Notes: generated by a model from the sequence alone, not told the origin. A DNA stretch of 64,000 nt from an uncultured Nitrososphaerales archaeon (GCA_963695855.1 CAVOHZ010000010.1:1696001-1760000), one strand, 5' to 3'; positions 54,928 to 64,000 are shown, counted from the first letter of the stretch. A program made the numbers and translations.

Positions 54928-55932
54928 ATGTTAGAGGATATCGGAAATCATAATAATGAGATTTCAAATAATAATAAGAAAAAAACAATAATACTTGTTA
55001 CAGGTAATATTCAATATTATCAACAACAATTTAATAATTATAATATCAATAAGTACAAAATAACATTCATCAATTGGAATGACATTTTGTCTTTTCTTAC
55101 GAATTTTGATGATACTAAACGTAAAAACCTTGAATTAATTATTTTAGATATTCCTACAGCAGCAAAAGATGCAAAGACCAATCAGATATCTACTAGCACT
55201 ATCAGAGAAATCAAAAAAATATTTTATGATACAAGAATATTTTTTATGTTACCATTCGAATCTATGATAGACAATTTACTATCTAAAGCAATATGTAAAC
55301 AAGAAGATATTCGCCTTCAACCATTTTCAGTATTTGATATAATAGATTTAATTTCCATCACAAAGAAAAATGAAAGGCTTGATCGATTACAATTAAAAGA
55401 TCACTGTATGTATATATATTCTTCTGTTGACGATAAGGTCAAGGACGCAATTAAATTTCTAAAAATAGGAATAGAAAATAATGAAATGACTCTACTACTA
55501 TTAAGCAGAGAGATTGATCCTTCTTATCTGCTATGTCAAATTGCATTACATGATATTGATATAAGTAAATTACAGAATAACGGATTATTGAAGATTGCCA
55601 ATACTGAAGAATATTATTTATCCTTTAATCAAAAAGACAATAAAATTAACACAGTAACAGTAGATAATAAAAAAGTACATAGCAACTTCTTTAATTTAGC
55701 AGATCAAGTTAACAAGAGAGAAGGAATTAATGGATTGCGAATATTTGCTATGCTTGATTGTTTCTTTGAACATGGTTTAATTGATGAATTAGTTGATTAT
55801 GAATGTGAAACTCCATTTAAATTTAGCAAACCAATTCTTGGGATATGTGCTTATAATGATAAACATATAGCACAATTATCAGAAGATCAAATCAGAAAAC
55901 TAGTATTAACTCATAGTAGCGTTTGGATATAA
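54928..55932 (+). CDS. Degenerate receiver-like domain + MEDS domain protein
   Basis: LIILD...QPFS N-terminal half; DHCMYIY...FLKIG...GLRIF...GICAY...H C-terminal half. Confidence 0.75.
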   Translation: MLEDIGNHNNEISNNNKKKTIILVTGNIQYYQQQFNNYNINKYKITFINWNDILSFLTNFDDTKRKNLELIILDIPTAAKDAKTNQISTSTIREIKKIFYDTRIFFMLPFESMIDNLLSKAICKQEDIRLQPFSVFDIIDLISITKKNERLDRLQLKDHCMYIYSSVDDKVKDAIKFLKIGIENNEMTLLLLSREIDPSYLLCQIALHDIDISKLQNNGLLKIANTEEYYLSFNQKDNKINTVTVDNKKVHSNFFNLADQVNKREGINGLRIFAMLDCFFEHGLIDELVDYECETPFKFSKPILGICAYNDKHIAQLSEDQIRKLVLTHSSVWI

Positions 55933-55977
55933 TTTATTATTTCCTTCAATTTTTTATAATTATATTCTATTTATTAA

Positions 55978-56400
55978 TCACAATACTATCAATCGTTCTT
56001 TTTTATCATCTTGTTGTTGGTAGTTGTATAAAAGTGAATGAATGTTACTTCGTAGTTCGTTTAACCAGATTGGTTTGTATATAATAATCTTTTCTATATC
56101 TGGATTGTTTTTCTTTAGATGTTCTATATACTCTTTATTTGTAGCAGTAATAAATCTAAATAATAGAGCTTGATCTATATTTTTCAATTTTTTAGATAAT
56201 TTCATTCCATTCATTTTAGGCATTTTCAAATCCAGTAAAGCGAGATTATATACATTTTTTTTAAAACAGTACAAAGCATCAATAGGATCGGTAAAAGCAT
56301 CAACTTTATATCCATCATATTCTAAAAATGTTTTAAATAGATTAATGAGATCTTCATCATCATCTACTATTAATATATTTTTACCTTTTGGAATAGGCAT
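55978..56400 (-). CDS. Stand-alone response regulator receiver
   Basis: ILIVDDD, LLDLKMPKMNG, FITA, KPI. Confidence 0.92.
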   Translation of the reverse strand: MPIPKGKNILIVDDDEDLINLFKTFLEYDGYKVDAFTDPIDALYCFKKNVYNLALLDLKMPKMNGMKLSKKLKNIDQALLFRFITATNKEYIEHLKKNNPDIEKIIIYKPIWLNELRSNIHSLLYNYQQQDDKKERLIVL

Positions 56401-56660
56401 TTTTACATGCTCACATTATTAAACAACAACGTCCTTTATAAAGATGAGAGGGAATTATTAACAGTTTGATTTAAGAGATTAACATTTGTCTCAATAGGTG
56501 TAAGATTATAATATTTTCGAGAATAATTTTGAATATTCCAGATATAGTAGTATTCTTCACAATTCAGAAGTTTTTCTATTTCCCAATAATGGAATGCAAT
56601 TATCCATATTTTTGCTATGTTAGAAGGAGTCATTATAAAAAACGTGTACAGCGTCTTTTT

Positions 56661-57290
56661 TCAATACTCTTTGTATCTGAAGCACTTTATCTCATGATCG
56701 TTTACCATGCCGACTGCCTGCATAAAGGCATAGCAGATGGTGGAGCCAACAAACTTGAAACCGTGTTTAAGCAAGTCTTTGCTCATTGTATCGGACTCCT
56801 TAGTGTTGGTTGGAATATCTTTAATTGTTTTGATTTTGTTATTGATCGGCCTGCCGTTTACAAACTGCCAGATATACACATCGAAAGTACCGAATTCTTT
56901 TTGAATTTTCAAAAATGCTTTGGCATTGTCGATCGTAGATGCAATCTTCAAGCGATTACGGATAATCCCTGGATCAGTAAGGAGTCGATTTACGTCTTCC
57001 TTCCCATAACAAGCGATTTTGTCCGCATGGAAGCCATCAAATGCCCTGCGGTAGTTTTCACGTTTATTTAAAACGGTTTGCCATGTAAGACCTGCCTGGG
57101 CACCCTCAAGAATTAGGAATTCAAAGAGCGTGTGATCGTCATGCACTGGTACACCCCACTCCTTATCATGATACTCAATCATGAGAGGATTATTAAATCC
57201 TGTCCAACTACACCGTCTTTTGTTGTACATTACATTTTCATTGGAGAAGGTATAGTTACTTGTAGATATGACATTCGATGATTTATCCAT
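56661..57290 (-). CDS. tag: DNA-3-methyladenine glycosylase I
   Basis: RCSW, YHDKEWGVP, LEGAQAGLTW, IIRNRLKI, GFKFVGSTICYAFMQAVG.VNDH...C. Confidence 0.95.
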   Translation of the reverse strand: MDKSSNVISTSNYTFSNENVMYNKRRCSWTGFNNPLMIEYHDKEWGVPVHDDHTLFEFLILEGAQAGLTWQTVLNKRENYRRAFDGFHADKIACYGKEDVNRLLTDPGIIRNRLKIASTIDNAKAFLKIQKEFGTFDVYIWQFVNGRPINNKIKTIKDIPTNTKESDTMSKDLLKHGFKFVGSTICYAFMQAVGMVNDHEIKCFRYKEY

Positions 57291-57531
57291 TTGCTTTAAA
57301 ATAATATATCAATGATATTAAATATTATGTAACTCACAGATGTTACGTTAATACTAACCTTCTTGAAATGTTTCAACTGATGAAGATGGGAAGTTTTGAT
57401 AGGAACAAGAATAAGCATATTTATCCTCATTCTACGTTTTAGCAAAATTAAAAAACTAAAATATTATAATAATAAAAATGAAAATCATTTGATACATACA
57501 ATAAAATAACTTAAATATTTACTAGACATAA

Positions 57532-57843
57532 ATGAAAATTTCTGAACTATGTAAAATGATCCAAGACTCATTTCACTCTGGAAAATATCCTCTGGATCAG
57601 GATATTGAAAAACAAATGATAGGTCTTGTACAGGTCATAAACAGATCATCGTCTGATGACCTGAAACTAGAGAAAGACATCAAAATAGAAATAAGATTAA
57701 AGGATCTATATGTTTTGAACAACTATATTCAGAGTATCCAACACTTACCAGGAGTAATTGAAATAGATGCATTAGACTCTTTTAAAATGCTAAGTAGACG
57801 TATTGGGAGAATAGAGAAACCTAATATTTCATTTCCTACATAG
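57532..57843 (+). CDS. Hypothetical protein
   Basis: 103-aa ORF with AT-rich upstream promoter region. Confidence 0.6.
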   Translation: MKISELCKMIQDSFHSGKYPLDQDIEKQMIGLVQVINRSSSDDLKLEKDIKIEIRLKDLYVLNNYIQSIQHLPGVIEIDALDSFKMLSRRIGRIEKPNISFPT

Positions 57844-57944
57844 AAGTAAATGCATTGCTTTATAAAATGTGTTTATTCTTTGGTAAAGTTTCTTTTTGGG
57901 CATAAGTTATTTATACTTATAGTATTTTTTGATCCTTTCTTAAA

Positions 57945-58130
57945 TCATGAAAAAGATATTGTTGAAAAAAAAACTCCGGCTGAAAGAGCAGCAAGATCAT
58001 CTCTAATTCTTTCGGGATAACAAATAAAAATGGACAAAATAGCACCAATGAGAAACGCACTTGAAACTACAGTAGATAATAATAAAGTATTTAAGATTTC
58101 AAAAAATTCATTATTCACTATAATATTCAC
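57945..58130 (-). pseudogene. ZIP-family metal transporter N-terminal fragment
   Basis: SSAFLIGAILS...LAALSAGVFFSTISFS then a premature end. Confidence 0.55.
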
Positions 58131-58788
58131 AAATTAATATGCTAATTTGAACTAATAGCTTAAAACTTAAATTAATACTCATTATAAAAGCAATATAATT
58201 TTTGTAAAGTTATTTTTTATCATAATATGAAATATTTTATTTTAGATTAAATCTATTAATGTGTCTATTACTATAAAACATTTTAATCAAAACTGCTATT
58301 AATTTTTAACAAAACAAAGGAATGTTTATTTGTCATAGACTTTAACACCATATAAATGGGATTACATTCACGATTTTCTACCATTAGGTATTTTTATCAT
58401 CTTTGCTTTTGATGAAAAAGCTAATTGAAGTAAAATTTTTACTTTAATATCAAATAAATTCGAGATAAAATAATAAAAAAGTAAAATTGAATTAAAAAAA
58501 TTTGTCGAATATTGAAAAATAAATATTTTTACATATCTTAAAAGAATAACAAATAAATTTAAATATATTCTCACTGATGTTTTCATTTTAAATATACTAC
58601 TAATACAAAAATCTGTTTGCACGGTTCATCTTTTAACTTAACAGTAGGGTTCTACTACATAATTAGCAAGATGCTCGGGAGTGGAACCGTCCATGTAGTA
58701 CGGTTCTACTACCATGTATTTAGCTTTTATTATTAGAAACTTAATTAAATATAAAAATCAAAATCCGTTTAATAGTTTGTCATTTATC

Positions 58789-58971
58789 TTACTGAGATTT
58801 TCTATTATGAAGAGCATCTTTTTGGATTAATATGAATATCATTTGATAAAAAGAAATTCCTAATTTTAATGCCTCAAAATCTATATTTTTTATTGTTTCA
58901 TTATTTGATGAAGATAGTATAAATTCATCAATAATTTTTTTGAATTTAAAATCATCATGGTGTTGGAACAC
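58789..58971 (-). CDS. Small hypothetical protein
   Basis: IDFEA.KLGISFYQM pattern; short. Confidence 0.45.
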   Translation of the reverse strand: MFQHHDDFKFKKIIDEFILSSSNNETIKNIDFEALKLGISFYQMIFILIQKDALHNRKSQ

Positions 58972-59180
58972 AAGCTTAGTCTATCAATATAGTTATTATT
59001 AGTTTCTTAGAAATGTTAATGACATGCATGCATAACGTTTGACTACTAGTATTCTAGAAAGACCAATGATAAATGAATTCTATAAAAAAATAATTATCAT
59101 TAAGTCCGTTTAAAAATAATGAATTACCTAAGTGGTCTTTACTCTTTTATTAGGGATGTAAATAATCCATCATTGGCATT

Positions 59181-59248
59181 GAGGGGATGGGATTCGAACC
59201 CCTATATGTATTCACGGGTTTATATTTTAGTATCGCTAGAGTAATAGA
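59181..59248 (-). other. Exact 21-bp copy of the tRNA-Val 3' end followed by an inverted 15-bp arm motif (att-like site)
   Basis: GAGGGGATGGGATTCGAACCC = 7134-7154; ATTCACGGGTTTATA (59210-59224) is the reverse complement of 7113-7127. Confidence 0.85.
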
Positions 59249-59334
59249 TTGTAACTATATAAAAACATGATAGTATACTATAAAAAATAAAAAAAAGAAA
59301 TGATAGATGTTATCCACACTTAAAGATGACTAGA

Positions 59335-60087
59335 CTAGTCTTGAGGTGGTGGGAATACGGTTGGTGGAATAGCATCATCAAATATGTTATTGATACAATT
59401 CACTACAATAGTAAACTGTTCTTCTGAAAAACCTGCATTGGAAAATGCCTGTGCTAATGTAGTACCAAGTTGTTGCAAGGTGTTCTCATCCCCGGCTGCA
59501 AATGCTTCGGAAATTTCTTCACATAGTTGTTCAAATGTTGTTACTTGACCTTGTGTTAAATCACTTATCTCAGTAAGTAGTTCAGTCTGCTCTTCTTCTG
59601 AATCTAGATTTTCGGTGAAGCAGTCTTCACATGGACTGGGTTCTTCTTCTGCTGGTGGTGGAGTAATTTTTACCTGTTCATTGTCATTGACATTTACACA
59701 TATGTTTACAAGATTTCTCTCGAAGTTTATACTATCTCCCCATCCATTACCATTTTGTGTACCTGTTGCGTCTGCTGCTCCTTCATTTGCTGCTGCAGTG
59801 GCAGTATCATCTTGAGGTATTTGGGTAATATCTATACCATTTACATTTATGTTACTATTTACACACTTTATTTTCTGGATATCTGTATGAGAACTCTTTT
59901 TTTGATGGTTATTGTCATAACCGTATCTATTGTCGTCTTGATAATAGTTATTGTCGTATCCATAATCATTGGCGTACATCTGTGCTTGCGCATTTCCTAT
60001 CATGTTTGATGGATTTAGAGCGAATAGACCTGCTGCCACTATCAACGTGATAGAAGCCAGAACTATCTTTTTTGTCTGATGGGTCAT
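59335..60087 (-). CDS. Secreted acidic Cys-containing protein (paralog family)
   Basis: Signal peptide MTHQTKKIVLASIT, Tyr/Asp-rich repeats, KIKCVNSNINVNGIDIT, NLVNICVNVNDNEQ, CEDCF helical domain. Confidence 0.85.
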   Translation of the reverse strand: MTHQTKKIVLASITLIVAAGLFALNPSNMIGNAQAQMYANDYGYDNNYYQDDNRYGYDNNHQKKSSHTDIQKIKCVNSNINVNGIDITQIPQDDTATAAANEGAADATGTQNGNGWGDSINFERNLVNICVNVNDNEQVKITPPPAEEEPSPCEDCFTENLDSEEEQTELLTEISDLTQGQVTTFEQLCEEISEAFAAGDENTLQQLGTTLAQAFSNAGFSEEQFTIVVNCINNIFDDAIPPTVFPPPQD

Positions 60088-60312
60088 TGCATTGTTAAAT
60101 GCGAATTTAATATATCTAATGTTGGAAGGAACATTATCTAATGTTATAATATTTCAAGATTCTGAATTATTCACAATAAGAATAATAGCAATTGATCTAC
60201 AAGTACAATATGAGATATTATAACAATATTATACGTTAAATTATAATAAGTTAATTAATTCAAAATAAATAAAAAATAAATTGAAAGGTGAGATCTCACC
60301 CAAACGTTCTGT

Positions 60313-61392
60313 TTATACTATTGTTGGTGGCGGGATAGCATCGTTAAATACGTCATTTAGACAGTCGAATACAGTGTTAAACTGATCTGTTAATTGTGCT
60401 TGGTTAAATGCGTTTTCTAATAGATTGCTAAGTTGTTGCAACGTGTCCTCATCCCCGGCTGCTACTGCTTCGGAAAATTCTTCACATAGTTGTTCAAATG
60501 TGGTTATTTGACCCGATGTCAGTCCACTTATCGCAGTAAGTAGGCTAGCCTGGTCATCATCATTTAGATTTCGGGTAAAACATTCATCACATGTAACCTC
60601 TTTGATTGTAATTGAATTTGTTGCTGTACAGGTCTGTGTTTGTCCCGCCGCTATTGTTCCCCTTGTTATGAAACCACCGCTGTCTTCATCACAATCTCCT
60701 GTATATGATACAATAAGAGCGGCTTGGCGGGGTGGATCGTTATGATCAGGAGATTGCAACCAAGCAATGATATCGGTGATGTACTGCCCGAAATCTTCTA
60801 TTACTTGATAATCACCCGGATCCAACGTTACGACTGTTCCACTAGTAGAACTGGGAAATTGTTCTGAAGGATTTGGATTGTTACCAGTCACTTGGAAAAG
60901 AAAATCACTTTCATCTATTGTTGTTGATAGTAGGTCTTCACAATCACCTTCAATTTCGTCTGTACAGACAATTTTTTTAGCAACCGTCAAAGTCGTCTCT
61001 GGTGGACTAACTTGCTGTTCGTTGTCATTTACATTTACACATATGTTTACAAGGTTCCTGTCGAAGTTTATTTTATCGAAGTCATTACCATTCTGTGAAT
61101 TTGATGCGTCTGCTGCTTCTATTCCTTCATTTGCTGCTGCAGTAGCAGTAGTGTCTTCAGGTATCTTGGTAATATCTATACCATTGACATTTATGTTACT
61201 GTTTACACAGTTTATTTTCTGGATATCTCCAGGAGAACTCTTTTTCGGATAGTTATTGTCATATCCATATTCATAATTTCCGTACATTTGTCCTTGAGCA
61301 TATCCTATTATTGATGGGTTTAAAGCCAATAGACCTGTCGCTATTATCACCGTGATAGAAGCCAGAACTATCTTTTTTGTCTGATGGGTCAT
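60313..61392 (-). CDS. Secreted paralog with an inserted Ig/prealbumin-like domain
   Basis: Same N- and C-terminal blocks as 59335..60087 plus TLTVAKKIVC...VTGNNPNP...PGDYQV.E...GDC...I.AG.T.TCT.TN. Confidence 0.85.
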   Translation of the reverse strand: MTHQTKKIVLASITVIIATGLLALNPSIIGYAQGQMYGNYEYGYDNNYPKKSSPGDIQKINCVNSNINVNGIDITKIPEDTTATAAANEGIEAADASNSQNGNDFDKINFDRNLVNICVNVNDNEQQVSPPETTLTVAKKIVCTDEIEGDCEDLLSTTIDESDFLFQVTGNNPNPSEQFPSSTSGTVVTLDPGDYQVIEDFGQYITDIIAWLQSPDHNDPPRQAALIVSYTGDCDEDSGGFITRGTIAAGQTQTCTATNSITIKEVTCDECFTRNLNDDDQASLLTAISGLTSGQITTFEQLCEEFSEAVAAGDEDTLQQLSNLLENAFNQAQLTDQFNTVFDCLNDVFNDAIPPPTIV

Positions 61393-61716
61393 TACCTTGT
61401 TATTTACGATTTTAATATATCTGAGGTTGGAAGGAACGCTATTTGATATTGTAATATTTCAAGATTCTGAATTATTGACTATAAGAAGAATAGAAAATGA
61501 TGTTAAGGTGGAAAGTGAAATCCTTGTGTAGCAACACCAACATATGTGCCACAGAAATTTCATACGGGTTCGGTGGGAATCATGAGCCTACGTACATGAG
61601 TTGATATATTCATTTTTATTACTAAAAAGACGATTTTTCTCCTGTATCTTCGCTTAAGGTTAACAAACAACGCAGAGAATTATATAGAATAGCTTTTCTT
61701 ATCATCTTGAAAAGCT

Positions 61717-62313
61717 TTGTTATCGCTAGAAGCCATTCTTGGAGTAATAGGAATAAGTGCTACAATAGTCGTCGGTGTAGGAGTATATAGATTACAAAGA
61801 AAGGAAAAAGAGGACACTGATAATGTTCTAAGAATAATTAACAGTGTAACCCTAAAACAATCAGAGATTCTTGATTGGTGGAAGATTCAACGTAGAAAAC
61901 ATGTAGATTGGTTTGTATATCATGTTGGTGGCGCTTTACAAACTCTTATAAAAGATTATCAGGAATTAAATGAAGGATTAACTAAATATCAAAATGATAC
62001 ATCTGAAGAAAATCTTAAAAGCATAATGGATATCTTAGACAAGTGCAGAACAACTCTGGCTCAATTAGTGGCATTAGCGGAACGAGATATTTTAGTTGCT
62101 GCAGCTCATATTGCCAATCCCTGGATTGAAGGAAAATTTCTTGAAGTGATTTTGTCGTATGAAACTGGAATATTTCTTAGAGAAGAAACAATCCGTTCCA
62201 TGGATAACGACCAATTAAGTCAATACAAACAATCAGTGCAACTAGTAATCAATAAAATGCAAAATGATCTAGAAATTATACAAAAAGAGAAAAAAATTGA
62301 AGAATTAAAATAA
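61717..62313 (+). CDS. Hypothetical protein, N-terminal TM and helical body
   Basis: 198-aa ORF, LGVIGISATIVVGVGVY anchor. Confidence 0.6.
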   Translation: MLSLEAILGVIGISATIVVGVGVYRLQRKEKEDTDNVLRIINSVTLKQSEILDWWKIQRRKHVDWFVYHVGGALQTLIKDYQELNEGLTKYQNDTSEENLKSIMDILDKCRTTLAQLVALAERDILVAAAHIANPWIEGKFLEVILSYETGIFLREETIRSMDNDQLSQYKQSVQLVINKMQNDLEIIQKEKKIEELK

Positions 62314-62537
62314 GGCCGATGGTTGTATTCCGAATTGCTTGTGCGTTTCTCAGATTAACTGTCCATGTTGTGGGAGTTTAGGTGGTATTTTGGGGGACAT
62401 GACTCGAACTTATTATCAAAAATTAAAAACTTTAAGATTTTGTAACTATTAAATTAACAATATGAGCAGATACCATAAATTTAGACGAAATTATGATAAA
62501 TGTTTTTATAAATCAGTTATAAATCCAATCATAAATT

Positions 62538-63089
62538 ATGAAAATATTTTTTGTTCTTTTAGTTGCTGTTACATCGCTAGTATTAGGAATATCCTTTGAT
62601 GAAAGTTTCTCTGAATTAGAAAATACATATACTAATGAGAAATGTGGCATATCCATTCAATATCCAAAGGATTGGACTGTAGAGGAATCAAATTATAAAT
62701 ATGAAGATAAATCAAAAACTATTGCAGATTTTCAATCTGAAGATGATGATATTTATGGATTGGATATCGAAATAGAAAATTATGGACTTTCAAAATATTC
62801 AATGTCAGACATTGCTGAAGAAACAGGGTTTGAGACCTTATTACCAGATTCCAAAATCATATATTCAGGAACTGGTGAGATAAATGGATTTCCTACCTAT
62901 AAATTAATTTACTCGGATGGTATTGAATTTTATAGATCCCATATTTTGATAATTGCTTATGATAGAGAATATCAATTAAACTTTGACGAATCAAATAAAG
63001 AAGACTTTGATAAATATTCATTGATAGTTGATGAAATGGCTAAAAGTATTAAAATTACTAAACCAAATTTTGATGGGATAAATTGTTAA
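62538..63089 (+). CDS. Secreted PsbP-like protein
   Basis: Signal peptide, YTNEKCGISIQYPKDW, C-terminal VDEMAKSIKI. Confidence 0.7.
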   Translation: MKIFFVLLVAVTSLVLGISFDESFSELENTYTNEKCGISIQYPKDWTVEESNYKYEDKSKTIADFQSEDDDIYGLDIEIENYGLSKYSMSDIAEETGFETLLPDSKIIYSGTGEINGFPTYKLIYSDGIEFYRSHILIIAYDREYQLNFDESNKEDFDKYSLIVDEMAKSIKITKPNFDGINC

Positions 63090-63156
63090 ACAAAGTATTT
63101 ATTTTTTATTTTCTTCTATTACATACCATCTAACTGTTAAAATTTATCAACTATAA

Positions 63157-63408
63157 AAGTTATTATTTCTTCTGAATCTTCATATAGTTTAATTTAATCT
63201 ATACAAGTTATTATTTCTTCTGAATCTTCATATATACCAATTAGCCTATATTCTCTAATCCTATTTACTTATAATATCATATAAGCAGGAAAAAATATTT
63301 GCTATCGTATTTAATTATAGTAATGTTAAACTACTATAAAGTATTCCAAAAACGAATTGATTAGAAAATATATGCTAAGTGGTATAGTTTAATTTAATCT
63401 ATACAAGT
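63157..63408. repeat. Interleaved short duplications
   Basis: 30-bp AAGTTATTATTTCTTCTGAATCTTCATATA at 63157 and 63205; 26-bp TATAGTTTAATTTAATCTATACAAGT at 63183 and 63383. Confidence 0.85.
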
Positions 63409-63575
63409 ATATATTTTATATTCTTGTGATCATCGCTATATACAACATATCTTATAGCCTAAGTTCTAGTAACAATTCTATAGAAACTGTTTTTGCACAA
63501 AAATCTATGCAAACATATGAAAATGAAAAGTATGGATTTAAAATTCAATATCCGTTCAATTGGGAATATGAGCGT
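63372..63575 (+). pseudogene. PsbP-like protein N-terminal fragment
   Basis: VFAQ...TYENEKYGFKIQYPFNWEY, after which homology ends. Confidence 0.65.
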
Positions 63576-63775
63576 AATCCTATTTTTCTATTTTTCTTTA
63601 TTAATCTAATCAGCCTTCCATCTCCTGTACCTAAATCTAATATTCTGTTTGTATCTTTAGGAATATGTTCAAATAAAACTGCCTCACCTTCTGAACGGTG
63701 CGAAAGACTATCAGATACATTAAGATATGCAAGAGCATTTTGAGCATTAGACCACTCCTTTGCAGATTGACTCAT
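63575..63775 (-). pseudogene. Class I SAM methyltransferase N-terminal fragment
   Basis: HRSEGEAVL...RILDLGTGDGRL then truncated where it meets the PsbP fragment. Confidence 0.7.
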
Positions 63776-64000
63776 ATTTGATTTTCAGAAAATTGTAAAT
63801 TTTCTTATTCAAATACTTTTCTTATATACATAGTAGAATAGTCTATTGTCAGTGGTTAATTAAAACTACTTATATGTTCAATCAATTTCTTTTAAAAAAT
63901 TGGACAAATGAATTATAATTTTATAATATGACAAAAGATTTTAAAAAATAAATAGTTATAAAATATTTAGAAATAATGGAACAATGTTAATTGCCATTAT

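Noticed and set aside
56529-57071. 180-aa plus-strand ORF
   Set aside because: Antisense shadow of the GC-richer tag gene; no motif
7155-59180. A 52-kb genomic island bounded by the tRNA-Val direct repeats
   Set aside because: The interval contains oriC and essential genes (PolD, cdc6, fen, thyX, glyA), lies on the 5' side of the tRNA, and the arm motifs and integrase are outside it
603-61252. Numerous short ORFs overlapping longer genes (e.g. 603, 3508, 3721, 16822, 20743, 25254, 25390, 26933, 32425, 35280, 38682, 44146, 44450, 44950, 51047, 53745, 59615, 59755, 60878)
   Set aside because: They overlap well-supported genes or pseudogenes on the opposite strand or in another frame and carry no recognisable motifs
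63157-63408. 30-bp repeat pair as a mini-CRISPR
   Set aside because: Only two copies with an 18-bp gap, and the gap itself is part of a second local duplication

Overview
Low-GC archaeal DNA whose gene content points to a soil ammonia-oxidising archaeon (Nitrososphaerales, Nitrosocosmicus-like; inferred). There are three zones. (1) 1-7.2 kb is the right end of an integrative element at the 3' end of tRNA-Val(TAC). It carries a tyrosine integrase, a 33-bp inverted-repeat/iteron cis site, small and large terminase-like genes with no capsid genes in view, two secreted proteins and an SF2 helicase-methyltransferase fusion. (2) 8-30 kb is conserved core around the likely replication origin: glyA, PolD DP2, GGGP synthase, a two-gene unit encoding a membrane-anchored wHTH protein within an ATCAC/GTGAT motif cluster, ORB boxes, cdc6/orc1, PolD DP1, cbiE, cdvA, acs, ferredoxin, thyX and fen. 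(3) 30-64 kb is a decaying accessory region. It holds an IS481 element with a 15-bp target duplication, IS5/IS6-like relics, an orphan structured non-coding island, a cupredoxin-regulator module with shared palindromic operators, a BMP protein coupled to a histidine kinase, MEDS/receiver proteins, a paralogous secreted-protein family, and several co-oriented tRNA-3'-end fragments with shared arm motifs that resemble att sites. No CRISPR array or rRNA was seen. All family calls come from motif recognition by eye; no database searches were run.
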